Origin: Leucoraja erinacea
Taxonomy: Eukaryota
Length of the DNA: 64,000 bases
NCBI RefSeq assembly: GCF_028641065.1
Contig: NC_073389.1
Coordinates: forward strand, 5,518,001-5,582,000
Direction of reading: 5' to 3'
Shown: piece after piece, positions 1 through 13,258 of the stretch
Layout: every line of letters starts with the position of its first letter
Numbering within the stretch: position 1 is the first letter of the stretch
The notes under the pieces: model-generated
The model's input: the letters and a program-made list of their open reading frames with translations, nothing else
Database searches by the model: none
Told to the model about the DNA's origin: nothing
Made by a program: the position numbers and the translations under genes

Positions 1-272
1 CCGAGTTTCCCCTGATTTGAACTCGTAGAATTCAGGTAATAGCCGTTCGTAGGTACTCGGGGCTCTCGTGGACATTTTTCACACTGTTCAAAAAAGTTCA
101 GGAGTTTACCGTGTTTCCCGGGTATCTGCCGTTAGCGTTACGAGCCGCTAAGAGACGTCCCCGAGCTCCGACGTACCCGCCACGTACATTCTACGTGCTT
201 ACCACGAGTTTGATTTTTTTGTTAAACTCGGGAGACCGCTTGAATTACCTCGTACAGTGGGACAGGAGCTAT
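1..272. mobile_element. MITE (Harbinger-like), cut by the window edge; same family as 32771-33101 in opposite orientation
   Basis: Reverse-complement similarity to 32790-33060; ends in the TIR-like GTACAGTGGGACAGG. Superfamily is inferred from the CTGTCCCAC terminus. Confidence 0.7.
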
Positions 273-274
273 AG

Positions 275-765
275 AGTCACTGTCAGAGAACTGTACAGCA
301 AGGAAACAGGCCCTTCGGCCCAACTTGCCTGTGCCAATCAAGTTGACATTCTGTGCCAGTCCCATTTGCCTGTATTTGCCCCATATCACTCTAAGCCTTC
401 CTGCCCATGTATCTGTACAAATGCCTTTGAAAAATAATTATTGTATCTGTTCTATACTTTCCTCTGGCAGCTCAATCCAGGATACAGACTACTCTATGAG
501 TGAAAATGTTGCCCCTGAGGTCTCTCTTAAATCTCTCCCCTCACCTTAAGCCTGAGCCGTCTTGTTCTAAAATCTTCTTCCCTGGGGAAAAGATTGTGAG
601 CGTTCACCTTATCCGTGCCCTTCATGATCTTGTACACGTCAATAAGGTCACCCCTCAGCCTCCTGCGCTCCAAAGTCAAAAGTCCCGGCCTATCCAACCT
701 CTCCCTGTAACTCAAGCCCACAAGCCCAGGTAACATCCTGGTGAATCTTTTCTGAAACCTCTCCA
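275..765 (-). mobile_element. CR1 LINE 3' fragment
   Basis: ORF 527..889 contains LERFQKRFTRMLPGL..SYRERL..LERRRLRGDLI, the typical CR1 ORF2 C-terminus, followed by the CR1 3' UTR. Confidence 0.9.
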
Positions 766-774
766 AGTTACCAG

Positions 775-1140
775 TTTGTAAAACAAAGCAAAGTTCCAGG
801 ATTTTCAGCATAGCTATTTTAAAATATATATTAGTTACAAAAATACATACAAACAAAAACAAACCCACCACCATAATACAAAATAACAAATATTCTTCAA
901 CATTAAATAACTATTTCCCCATCCTTATTGAGGTTACATTCCACCTCCCGTGGAGCCCAGCGGTCCTGGAAATCCCCCAGGGCGCCCGTGGACAGCGTGA
1001 AGTCCCTTTCTCGTTCCACCCGGGCACGGACGTACTGTAACCCTGTAAAAGGGGCGGGCAGCAGACTCGGGCATCCAGCGTAGTTCTTGGGGAGATGAAG
1101 TTGGAACTGGGTACGAAATGTCTGGACACAAGCCTGTCAT
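775..1140 (-). mobile_element. Tx1-type (L1 clade) LINE 3' fragment
   Basis: Minus-strand translation YVRARVERERDFTLSTGALGDFQDRWAPREVEC resembles the Tx1 ORF2 C-terminus; T-rich 3' UTR follows. Confidence 0.7.
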
Positions 1141-1189
1141 TTATTCCCCTTGTGGCCAGAAGGGGAATAAACTGGCTCTGATTTATGGA

Positions 1190-1410
1190 TTGTGTAAGAA
1201 GGAACTGCAGATGCTGGTTTAAACCAAAGATAGACACAAAAAGCTGGAGTAACTCAGTGAGACAGGCATCATCTCTGGAGAGAAGGAATGGGTGATGTTT
1301 CAGGTCTTTCTGAAGAAGGGTGTCGACCTGAAAACGTCACATCACCCATTCCTTCTCTCTAGTGATGCTGCCTGTCCCGCTGAGTTACTCCAGCTTTTTG
1401 TGTCTATTAA
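1190..1410. mobile_element. Penelope-derived palindromic non-autonomous repeat; related pieces near 1705, 3070, 12420, 25345, 26205, 28930, 29725, 31290, 43680, 47030, 47320, 58205, 59650, 61170, 61630, 62625, 63555
   Basis: Inverted arms GCTGGAGTAACTCAG..CATCTCTGGAGAGAAGGAATGGGTGA; the same sequence lies directly 3' of the GIY-YIG ORF at 28170-28250. Confidence 0.75.
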
Positions 1411-2529
1411 ATTTGTGGTGTATCGAGTTGTGTATTTCCATTTCGCCTTCATCTCAGCCCTGCCCCTGATGTTGGCTCTGGAGTAATTGGCCCATTGCAT
1501 CTCAGCCGAACCAATCTTGCCTGCACTCATAATGCGTATACAACCTGATATGGATGGTGTGGGCTGGAGGTGTGAAGGGTTGATCGGGTGATACTCGTTA
1601 ATGGGGAATCCTGATGCTAAACCGTGGGGCTCAGCTGAGAATGGATCTATATTTCTGAAGCAAGCTTCCATTTTCAATTTGGTGAAGTAGGTTTAGTCCC
1701 TGACCTAAGATAGACACACAATGCTGGAGTAACTCAGCGGGGCAGGCAGCATCTCTGGAGAGAAGGCCTGGGTTTGACATTCAGCCTGACCTGCTGAGTA
1801 ACTCCAGCACTCTGTATCTTTTCTTGTATACCAGCATCTGCAGTTTCCTTCTTTCTACTCTTCTCTTCAATTTTTAGCTGTCAACCCACATAGACACTTG
1901 TCATCGTTCTACTTTAGTGCGTTTTTGACATTCTTTCCGTGCCTGAGATTCACGTGCCTGAAATTGCAGGGAGACGGGTTTTTCCGGTTATACTGGCCTT
2001 CCAGATTATTTCCCTCCTTCGTTGGCATGTGGTTGCTGGAGAATTTTAAAAGGTTTAAATCCACACCCAGGCACCAGAAACACCTACAGTCATACAGCAC
2101 GGAAACAGGCCCTTCGGCCCAACATATCCATGCCGCCCAACATACAATAATCCCATTTTCCTGCATTCAACCTATTGTACACACCTCTAAACCCACACTG
2201 GAGGCCCTTGCACAACCTTTAATCAGACTATACTGGATTTTACCTTGCTCTAAATGTTAAACCCTTTATCCTGTATCTGGACACTGTTGACGGCCCGATT
2301 GTAATCTTGTATAGTCTTTACGCTGACTGGTTAGCACGTAACACAATGCTTTTCACTGTACCTCAGTAACTTGTGCCAATAAACGGAACTGAAGTAAAGT
2401 TCCCCTGGGTAAAAGACTCTGTGCACTCACCCTATCTATTCCCCTCTTGTGTGTGCTGTCAAAAGCTTAGAGAAAGCAAGTTGTTGATATTGCAGGGTAT
2501 TTGGTGTTTTCTTTTATAAGTTGGATATC

Positions 2530-2865
2530 GGGCGGCACGGCGGCGCAGCAGGTAGAGCTGCTGACTCACATCACCGGAAACCCGGGTTACATCCTGACCT
2601 CGAGTTCTGTTTGTACAAAGTTTGCACCTTCTCCCTGGGACTGTGTGGGCTTTCTCCGGGTGCTCTGGTTTCCTTCCACACTGCAGAGACGTGTGGGGTT
2701 GTAGGTTAATTGGCCCTCTGTAAATTGGCCCTAGTGCGTAGGGCGTGGATGAGAAAGTGGGATAGCATAGAACTATTGTGAACCGGTGATCAAAGATCGG
2801 CATGGACTATGTGGGCCGAAGGGCCTGTTTCCTTGCTGTATCTCTAAACCAAACTAAAGTAAACT
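2530..2865 (+). mobile_element. tRNA-derived HE1/V-type SINE; other copies about 11175-11800(-) with nested 11409-11737(+), 24310-24605(+), 26790-27150(+), 30368-30630(+), 49018-49290(+), 55000-55130(-), 58575-58870(-)
   Basis: tRNA-like head with A/B boxes (GGCGCAGCGGTAGAG..GGTTCGATCCC in the best copy), V-domain core GAGTTTGCACGTTCTCCCCGTG..GGTTTCCTCCCA, CR1-like 3' end, (TAAAC)n tail. Confidence 0.85.
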
Positions 2866-2892
2866 TGGCTTACCCAGTGTTGTTGCCACAGT

Positions 2893-2906
2893 CTGCCACC
2901 TAGTGG
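2893..2906 (-). promoter_or_regulatory. Candidate CTCF site
   Basis: Minus strand reads CCACTAGGTGGCAG, matching the CCACYAGRKGGCAG core, in non-repetitive sequence. Motif match only. Confidence 0.5.
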
Positions 2907-3374
2907 TGACTGCGCTGAACTCACTCCTGGTTTTCTCAGTATTCCTGCCCAGGGAAATGGCAGGAACTCTTTTTCCTCGGCATTGGGCAACAAAGGTTAT
3001 TTTTTGTTAAAGTGTTTCCAAGTTGCTTCACGTAACTGCAAATATCACCAGCCATTTGCAAGCACGTACGCACAAGGAACTGCAGATGCTGGAATCTAGA
3101 ATGGAAACAGAATGCTGGAAGAACTCAGCGGGTCAGGCAGCCTCTGTGGGGGTGACAGCGAATGACACATCAGGACTGAGTGGGGACTGAGTGTGGGGGG
3201 GATTTGGGTTTCAAAAGGAAGGAGTCCACGATGTGTAACTGAAACAAGTTATCCACCCACAAGCCACGTGTACAGAGATGGGATTTAAAGGTGTGGTTCC
3301 CAGCCAGATGTTGCCTGCTGGGTACCACTGGCAACATCTGTCCTCCTCTGCCCATCAGTGCCAGATGCTGAATG

Positions 3375-6300
3375 CAACCAAATAGAAAACCAGGCGCATG
3401 GGCTTACGGTGATGGGAAAAGCTTTAACAAGAACCTGAGGGACAACCTTTTCACACACAAGGTGTCGGGGTTTATGGAACGAGCTGCCGGAGGAGGTAGT
3501 TGAGGCAGGTACTGTCACACCATTTAAGACATTTGGACAGGTACATGGATAGGAAAGGTTTAGAGGGATATGGGCCAAGCGCTTGTCACTCATCACCCAC
3601 TAAATCACCCTCTGTCTGCTTCTGGTGAGTTGAGGTTGGATCCAGTCACCAACCTGCTCTGAACTCACAGGTCCTAACCAGCCTGGCATGTGGAGCAGCT
3701 CACAGTTACTGAAGTCCTTGTAAACCGCATCCACCACTCTGCCCTCGTCAATATCGATGGTCATTGGCGGTTGTGGCCGTGGGTTTGTGCTGCACACATG
3801 CTCCAGGGTCAGTCTACTGCCATGACTGCACTCTGGCAACTCTCTGATTACAAGTAGCCCGGGAAACATGCAGAGATGTAACACAGAGGGCCCAGTCCTG
3901 CCCTCACGCACGTTTTGTGATGGCTTGTGGTCGGCAGGGCTGCCACACATTGACGGCAATCACCAAGTCACAGAGTCACACAGCACGGAAACAGGCCTTT
4001 CGACCCAACTCATCCATGCCGACCAATATACCCCATCTACATTAGTCCCACCAGCCTGCGTTTGGCCCATATCCCTCTAAACCTTTCCTATCCATGTACC
4101 TGTCAAAGTGTATTTTAAATATTGTTATGGTACTTGCCTCAATGACCTCCTCTGGCAACTCGTTCCATTCTCCCACCACCCTCTGTATGAAAAAGTTGCT
4201 CCTCAGATTCCTATTAAATCTTTCCCCCTTCGCATTAAACCTATGTCTCTTAGTTCTTGGTTCCCTCCCCTGGGTACAAGACTGTGTGCATTCACCCTAT
4301 TTATTCCCCTTTATACCCCTCTATAAGATCACTTCTCAGCCTCCTGCATCCGATGCTGCTGCCTTCTCTGCGGACGTGCCGTTGGAGATGATGGTGCAGA
4401 GAGGAAGGTTCCATTGCGCAAATTGGTGACAAACACATAGCCAGAGGAGTGTGGGGCAGAAGACAGGGGGCCGGCAGCACACTGCGCACTGTCTCTCCCT
4501 CGGATGGGGTCACTTTGTGATACACAGTTCTGTGCACGCCACATCCATGGTTAGTATTCTTGCACTATGACTACCACTTCACACAGAGGGTGGTGGGTAT
4601 ATGGAACGAGCTGTCAGGCGAGGTCATTGAGGCAGGTACCAAAACAACAATTAAAAGACATTTGGACAGGGATAGGAAAGATCCAGAAGGATATGGTCTG
4701 CCGCAGGGTTCGGTGCTGGGCCCGTTACTGTTTGTCATCTACATCAATGATTTGGTTGTAACATAGAACATAGAAAATAGGTGCAGGGGTAGGCCATTCG
4801 GCCCTTCGAGGCTGCACCGCCATTCAATATGATCATGGCTGATCATCCAACTCAGTATCCCGTACCTGCCTTCTCTCCATACCCCCTGATCCCCTTAGCC
4901 AGAAGGGCCACATCTAACTCCCTCTTAAATACAGCCAAGGAACTGGCCTCAACTACCTTCTGTGGCAGAGAATTCCACAGATTCACCACTCTCTGTGTGA
5001 AAAATTGTATGAGAACATACATGATAAGATTAGCAAGTTTGCAAATGATACAACAGTTAGTGGTTTTACAGATAGTGAAGATGGTTGTGAACAATTGCAG
5101 CAGGTTCTTGATCGATTGGCCAGGTGGGTGGAGGAATGGTTGATGGAATCTAATATAGAGAAGTGTGTGGTGTTGCATTTTGGGAAGTCTAACGTGGGCA
5201 GGACCTACACAGTGAATGGTCGGGCTCTGGGGAGTGTTGTAGAGCAGAGGGATCTAGGAGCATAGGTGCATGGTTCCTTTAAGGTGGAGCCACAGATAGA
5301 TGAGGTGGTCAAAATGGCTTTTGGTACATTAGTGTATTGTGTATCCATCAGTGTATTGAGTATAGAAGTTGGGAGGCCATGTTGCAGTTGTATAAGACGT
5401 TGGTGAGGCCGCATTTAGAGTATTGTGTTCAGTTCTGGGCACCATGTTATAGGAAAGATGTAGTCAAGCTGGAAAGGGTACAGAGAAGATTCATGAGGAT
5501 GCTGCCAGGACTAGAGGGTGTAAGCTACAGGGAGAGGTTGAGTAGGCTAGGTCTCTATTCATTGGAGCACAGGATGATGAGGGGTGATCTTATAGAGGTG
5601 TACATAACCATGAGAGGAATGGATTGGGTAGTCTCTTGCCCAGAGTAGGTGGATCGATGACCAGAGGATATAGGTTTAAGGTGAAGGGGAAAAGATTTAA
5701 GACAAATCTGAGAGGTAAACGTTTCATACAAAGGGTGGTGGGTGCATGGCACAAGCTGCCAGAGCGGGGTAGTTGAGGCTGGGACTATCCCAATGTTTAA
5801 GAAAGTTAGACAGGTACATGGATAGGACAGGTTTGGAGGGATATGGATCAAACGTGGGCAGGTGGGACTAGTATAGGTGGGACATGTGGGTTGTTGTGGG
5901 CCGAAGGGCCTGTTTCCATGCTGTATCACTGTACGACGATGATATGAATCTAACGCAAGCAGGTGGGACTAGTGTGGATGGGGCACCATGGTCAGCATGG
6001 GCATGTTGGGTCGAAGGGCCTGTGTCTGTGATGTGTGACTCTATGACTATTTCACCAGTGAGAAAGTAAAGAGCACATGATGGTACATGGCAGGAAGTTG
6101 TTTACAGCTCTATAGGACTTTAGTTCGGCCACATTTGGAGTATTACGTGCAGTTCTGGTCGCCCCATTACAGGGGGGATGTGGAGGTTTGGAGAGAATGT
6201 ATAGAATGTTGACCAGAATAACACCTGCATTGGTTGGGATTAGCTACAGGGAGAGGTCGCTCTGGTGAATTGTTTTCTCTGGATTGCCCGGAGGTTTCGA

Positions 6301-6570
6301 GGAGCCCTGATACAAGTCTAGAACATTATGAGAGGCAGAGTTCGGGTAGACAGTCAGAACCTTTTTTCCCAGCATTGAAAAATCAAATATTAGTGGGCGT
6401 GGCTTTAAAGTGAAAGGGGCAAAGTTTAAAGGAGATTTGTGAGGCAGGTTTTTCACACAGGTGGGTGCCTGGAACTGATGACTGGGGGGCTGTGGTTGAG
6501 AAAGATATGTTAGAGGCATTTTAAAGGCCTGTACTTGTACTGTTGTATGTTCTATGTTGTATGATCTATG
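3375..6570. mobile_element. Patchwork of CR1 LINE fragments in both orientations
   Basis: ORFs with GLPQGSVLGPLLFVIYINDL, ISKFANDT, LYKTLVRPHLEYCVQFWAP and FFTQRVVNLWNSLP; several 3' UTRs. Small unique islands at about 3760-3960 and 4345-4575. Confidence 0.9.
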
Positions 6571-6702
6571 TTGTATGTTCCAGCTGTTCCCTCAACATGG
6601 GGCCAGATCACTGATGTCCAGATAACGCAAGCGTGGCCACTGACCAGCTTCCTGTCCACACAGGATGTGTGTTGGAGTTATCTCCACACTGATCTCCACA
6701 CT

Positions 6703-7763
6703 CAGGGCCGGCCTTAAGCCGATTGGACAGATTGCTCCCAATTGGGCCCCGCGAGTAAGGGGGCCCCGGCGCCAGAGTAATCTACTCTCGACTCGGGTAG
6801 ATCTACCCCGGGTGGAGGGGGGAGAGAGGGGCAGAGAGCGCGTAGAGGGGTGGAGGGGGAAGAAAGGGGTAGACGGGGAGGGGAGTGTGAGGGGGAATGG
6901 AGAACGGGGAGCGGGGGAGGTGGGTCATTCGCTCACGGCAGCGCCCCCACCCCTCCAGTCGCCGTGCTTCACGCACACAGCCCCGGCTCCACCCCTCTCT
7001 CTCCCCGGGGAGACGCGGTGAACAATACAAGGAGGGCCGGGCTGGGGGGGTTGGAGCAACGTTTACAAACCTCGTCCTCAGCTCACACCCGTCCGCCCGG
7101 ACCCCGCATCCGCTCCTGCTGTCGGCTCTCTCCTTCCCTTTCTCTCCTTCTCTCCTTCCCTCCCTCCCTTCTCTCTTTCCCTCCCTCCTTCCTCTCTCTT
7201 TTCCCTTCTCTCATTTGCTCCATCCCTTCTTTCTTTCTCTCCTTTCCTCCCTCCCTTCTCTCCTTCCCTCCCTCCCTTCTCTCCTTCCCTCCCACACACA
7301 CATAAAGCACAGACAACTAACACACACAACTATGTTAGGATGGGGTAGAAGCCCAAAGGGTAGGATGGGGCTGAAACACAAAATGTAATGGTTTTTCACC
7401 AATGGTTATTGGTTTTCCAGGATCTATTTAATTAAATTACTTCTTTTTTTTCATTTTACAGTAATTAAAACACGAGGTATTGTAACTATGTACTTTTCAG
7501 AGGCGATCTATACATTTTGTTTGTTACTTGTAAGCTTACATGTATGCAATTATAAATTAAAATGCAGCTTAGATCTGTTTGGTCCATTAAGTCGCAGGCA
7601 CTTTTTAAGCGCACATTTTGATGACTTTCCATTCTACCATAGAGATATAACGTCTATAATAGACTTTATTTATATTTCTATGAATCTACAGACCTTGGCT
7701 GGGAACCTGGGGCTCACCAAAATAGTTCCCAATTGTGCCCCGCACCTCCTAAGGCCGGCCCGG
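6703..7763. mobile_element. Non-autonomous hAT-like DNA transposon
   Basis: 14-bp TIRs CAGGGCCGGCCTTA (6703) and TAAGGCCGGCCCGG (7750-7763), 13/14 match; subterminal repeat CCCAATTG(G/T)GCCCCGC at both ends; internal CT-rich tract. No TSD found. Confidence 0.75.
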
Positions 7764-8479
7764 CTCGGCCCATGTTGGCCGATTGACTGCACATTACGTG
7801 CGCTGGTAGAACGTAGCGGTTGGTACAAGGACACAATGCAGAAATATCTTTATAATATTTCATGCGGTAACTGAAGCCAGAACAAGATGATATTGTTGAC
7901 GATGTTTGCTGCATAATACACACACAAAGCTCTAATACATGGACATTATGGATTAAACATTGCGTATAACCACTTGTTGCCCATTGTGTATACACTAAAT
8001 GCAGGTTATCACGTTTACAGTTGGGGTGACCTGACCGTGGGCACGGACGGAGCAGTCTATCAGGTAGTGAGCACATTAGTCCTGACCCAGACAAGGGCCG
8101 GGACTTCCCGTCTCCTGGGCCCTGATGGAAGGTCCAGGTGAGAGTTCACAAGTTGCCAGGTCCAGAATGGCGATGCAGGTGAGGCTTCCACCAGGGTCTG
8201 CTGGTCCTGCTCATTGACGATGGTGACCACACTGTACACGAGAGTGTGTACACACTTGAATAGTAGATCTTGTCCAATTCCCAATGAGCGCGTCAGGTGG
8301 GATCACACTCTAAACTCAACCAGTGTTAACTAATTCCAGGGTTCCAGCTCCGACAGAGGAGATGGTCTTTGCATGGGACCACAGTGTAACTTCACAACCA
8401 AGGCTGAGGATGGCTCTGGGAATATAGGAATTGTACACATCTCTATAGAGCATTCAGGCTGCTTGAATCTACAACAGCT

Positions 8480-8900
8480 TCCAATGATAAATATGAAAAG
8501 TTAATGAACCAGTCGAAATATTTAGATATTAACAATATTCCAGAAGATTCACATTTTACCTTAGGAGATAATGATGTAGAAGGAATGGCAGAACGATTTG
8601 TCTTAAATGGTCAGCTTTGTATCAGAGCCTTCAGAGATTTCACGGAATCTAAAGGCTGCAAAGACAATTCCGGTATCAACAGCAGAATGTGAAAGACAAA
8701 AGCATGAATGTCTGCATGTCACCGCAACGTGCAAGACTTCAAACTGATCATCTCTCAACTCCTCTATTTATGAAGTTGGTGGGACCTCCTCTGTCAAAAT
8801 TCAACCCCGAAGAATATGTGAGGACATGGCTTCACAGTGGCAGAAGGCGTGCTGAAGAAACAGCATGCAGAAAGAAAGAGGTGACCAAAAAAATGGAGAT
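8480..8900 (+). pseudogene. Decayed hAT transposase C-terminal dimerisation domain (KIAA1586/ZNF862-like)
   Basis: Across frameshifts reads TIPVSTAECER..SMNVCMSPQRARLQTDHLSTPLFMKLVGPPLSKFNPEEYVRTWLHSGRR; the SxAxCER motif and xGPPLxxFNP..W tail fit this hAT group. Confidence 0.8.
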
Positions 8901-11900
8901 TATATACTATTATGGAACATTTTGTAATGTAAACTGGACTGTAATGTAAATTGTTGCATTTGTTCATTAATAAATAAGTAGAAATATCAGAATAGTAGAT
9001 TGTACTTACATTTATGTATTGGCCGATCATCGTACTACATATAGCAATATTTGCAAACTGTATACTTATTATTATTGGCGGATCATTGTATGTATATAGT
9101 ACATGTAACAAGATATGCAAAGTTGTAAACTATACACTATTATTATTCTCAATAAATTTATGAAAAATCTGATTATTTTTTTAATTTACCAAAATATATA
9201 TTTGTTATACCTATCTTTATTTGACTGAGTTACTGATTAGTATCCTGGCAAAACAGAGTATCCAACGCCGAGATCCTGTCTCGCGCTGGTCTTCCCAGTA
9301 TGTACACTCTACTCAGGCAGCGGAGACTCCGGTGGCTGGGCCCTGTCCACCGCATGGAGGATGGGCGTATTCGCTGACATCTCAAAACGGGGAAGAGAAA
9401 AATGATCCGACATCTCAAAACAGGGAAGAGAAACTGTTGAACACAGCAGCAGACAAGCAGGCCGGGCTGAAAGGAACGCAGCAACTTCAACAGTTGGTCT
9501 CTTCAGCCATAAGCAACGCTGCTCCAGCCAAGGTTTGGAGCAAGCTGGCAACAACTAGGATGCATCACCCACGGTCAGTCATGACTGAAAGGGGGCCTAC
9601 AAACTGATACAATGTGTCTGTAACCATCATACCCAGTGCTATATTTAAGAGGGAGTTAGATGTGGCCCTTGTGGCTAAAGAAAGTAGGTACAGGATACTG
9701 AGTTGGATGATCATATTGAATGGCGGTGCAGGCTCGAAGGGCCAGATGGCCTACTCCTGCACCTATTTTCTATGTTTCTATGTTTCTATATAGGCACAAA
9801 ATGGCCCTGAAATTTACCATATTACAAAAAATTTATCATGAGGGGCATATGGCCCCTGTGTTCTCTTTAACTGAGCCTAGGGTGGCTCAGTGTGGCCTCA
9901 CCAGCGCCTTGTACAGCTGCAACATTAGGTCCCGACTCCTAAACTCCACAGCCTGCCCTGAAGACATCCAGCTCATCACATTCACTGCCGCATCCAACCC
10001 TCGCCATTGGCAGGAGCTGTCAACTTACACAGAGGTCCCTCTCCACATCTACACCGCTCTGACCCTCTGCCATCTATACCCCGAGCGCCCTCTCCATGGC
10101 CTCATGCTAGTGCCAGGAAATGTCTAATGAAACAGAAACATGGAATGATTGAGAAAGTAATGGAAGGTGAAACATAAAAGCACCCACCAGACAGACATCT
10201 GTTAACAAATTTTTTACATTGAAATTTGTGATAAACATTGCCCAATATGTACAGTCTGAACGTGTTCGAATTGTGTAGAATATTTAAATTTCACATCAAT
10301 GACATTATGATACATGGGTCTACTAAATAATAAATAATGCGTAACCTATATAAAAAATAGCCCCCTCTTCACACTGTCAGAAACCTCAAGACCCGGTTCC
10401 AAATATGTCCATCACAGGTAGATACGACTTGTTTGAAGATCTCTCATTTACTCTGGTGTGAGCTCCATCACTTGTGCTCTTATTAGCTTCGCCATTGTTA
10501 CGTCTCTCATGTGGATGAGGACAAGAGGTGATTGGAGATATAAACTCCTCTTACCTACGAGTGGAAACTCCAGGACCAGTCGTTGCATCGATGCTCGGGC
10601 AGACAAGTATGTCAGACACACTCTCGTGTGCAACTGCTCGTTCTTCTGAAGATTCCTTCAATCTCGCTGAAGGTCTGGTTCTGAAGCGAGTTTGCAAGTT
10701 GCATAAACACATACATGTGCGAAAGCAGGGTTTTTTGCTTTGAGAGTGTGTGGGTGGGAGGGAGGCAGTGAAGCCTGTGCACTTGTGACACCACAGAACT
10801 TGACTTCCTTCCTCCAGGATTTCACTCGGACGATTGCAAAGATATCTCAGTTTCAATCTGCATACCACTGGGTTGGTAGCTGCCCAAGCGAAATATGAGT
10901 CCAGTTTGCATGTGCATGTGCATCTAGCAATGGTGGAGGCCCACGACAGAAAGGTAAGTATGGGAATGGGAATGGGAAGGGGTTAGTGGTTGGCAGAAGA
11001 TTAAATCATGCCTTTGTCGTGTCTGAAATCCTGAGCTGTTTGCACGATGTGTTGCAGGAAGCTTCCCTGGGTAGATTTTGAGATTGCTGGAAAGTAGGTC
11101 AGATGGATAACTACTGTGTGATAATATATTTTAAATGTTCATGAGTGATCTCTGTCTGCAAAACTTGCTGATCTTTTAGTTTAGTTTCGAGATACAGGGC
11201 GGAAACGGGCCTTGCGGCCTACCTAGTCCGTGCTGACCAGCGATCCCTGCACTTTAACACTACCCTACACACAGTAGGAACAATTTACAATTTTACCGAA
11301 GCCAATTAATCTTTTAACATGTAGGTTTTTGGAATGTGATATGAAACTGGAGCACCCGTGGAAAACCCACGCAGGTCACGTGGAGAACGTACAAACTCCA
11401 TATAGACATTGGGCAGCACGGTGGCGCAGCGGTAGAGTTGCTGCATTACATCGCTTACAGCTCCAGAGACACGGGTTCGATCCCGACAACGGGTGCCGTC
11501 TGCACGGAGTTTGTACGTTCTCCCCGTGACCTGCGTGGGTTTCCTCCAAGATCTTTGGTTTCCTCCAACACTCCAAAGACGTACAGGTTTGTAGGTTAAT
11601 TGGTCTGGTATAATTGTAAATTGTCCCTAGTGTGTGTAGGATAGTGTCAATGTGCGGGGATCGCTGGTCGGCACGGACTCGGTGGGCCGAAGGGCCTGTT
11701 TCCGCGCTGTATCTCTAAACTAAACTAAACTAAACTAATCAAGCACCCATAGTCAGGATGGAACCCAGGTCTCTGCCGACGTAAGGCAGTAGCTTTACCA
11801 CTAAACCCATGTTGATAAAGTCCCACAAACTTTCCCCTGTGTGGTTCAAAAGTCCTCTTCAATTGTCCATTAACGTATGATCAGCAAAGGTTGAGTGTGC

Positions 11901-12689
11901 CCTTGAGCACTACTGAAAATCCTCAGCAAGGAAGTGTTTACTCATCAGCCAGCCACTGTTAGTAGAGGGCTTTATGTCCAGCACTCTCCACAAAAGTGTT
12001 GCACACATGACGGGTGCCAGCAGATAAGTGAAGTGCCAATCCACCCCTTGATGGTTCTCACAGCTGTATTCCTGCAGCTCGCTTCAACTCCAGTGAGAAG
12101 AAGCAATCCTGCAATAACCGCAGGCTAAACTGGCATCTCAACCCAAGAACCCACCATGGGTTCCCCACAGGCTCCATGGTCCATAATGGAACCTTCATTC
12201 TCAGCAGAGAGTCTCTGGGACAATGTTAATGTTGCAATCACACACTCTACTTTCTCCAGTATCTTTCAACACTCCAGCAACACAACATTCCTGCTGCACA
12301 TCGCTTCATTGCCAGAACACATGGTTTGTGTGGAACCTACAGGAGACCCGTTCTTCACTGAGAGAGTGAAGTCATTGCCAAGACAGGAATGATCTCCTGA
12401 ATGACCTGAAGAGGAGATGGGTCATGAAGAGAAGGGATAGAAGGTCACCTATCCATGTTGTCCAGAGATGCTGCCTGACCCGCTGAGTTACTCCAGCACT
12501 TTGTGTCTATCTTGAATGGCCTTCTGCTTTTGCAAAAAGCATTCAGGAGAAGCGCGAATGGTGGACGTAGCCCAGACCATCACACAAACCAACCTCCCTT
12601 CTATTAACTCCATTTATACATCATGCTGCTTCACCAAGGCCAGCAGCATAATCAAAGATAAGACACCCTGGCCACTCCCTCTTAGTCAT

Positions 12690-13258
12690 AGAGACATAGA
12701 GTGATACAGAGTAGATACAGGCCCCTCGACCCAACTTGCCCACACTGGCCAACATGTCCCAGCTATACTAGTCCCACCAGCCCGTGTTTGGCCCATATCC
12801 CTCCTATCCATGTACCTGTCCAACTATTTCTTAAATGGTAGGATAGTTCCTGCCTCAACTATCTCCTCTGGCAGCTTGTTCCATACACCCACCACTCTTT
12901 GTGTGAAAAAATGATCCCTCAGATTCCTATTAAATCTTTTCCCCTTCACCTTAAACCTATTTCCTCTTATCCTAGACTTTGTTTATCTACCTGATCTATT
13001 CCTCTCATGATTTTATACACCATTATAAGATCGCCCCTCGTCCTCCTGCACTTCAAGGAATAGAGTCCCAGCCTACTCAACCTCTCCCTGTAGCTCACAC
13101 CCTCTAGTCCTGGCAACATCCTTGTAAATCTTCTCTGTGCCCTTTCCAGCTTGACAACATCTTTCCTGTAACATGGTGCCCAGAACTGAACACAATACTC
13201 TAAATGCAATACTCACCATGTGCAACTGCAACATGACCTCCCAACTTCTATACTCAAC
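12690..13258 (-). mobile_element. CR1 LINE 3' fragment
   Basis: ORF 12967..13209 HLEYCVQFWAPCYRKDVVKLERAQRRFTRMLPGL plus 3' UTR. Confidence 0.9.

Noticed and set aside
6665-7402. Several 75-163 aa ORFs
   Set aside because: Low-complexity CT/GA tract inside a non-autonomous hAT element.
11409-11490. tRNA gene
   Set aside because: It is the tRNA-derived head of a SINE that continues into the V-domain and LINE tail.
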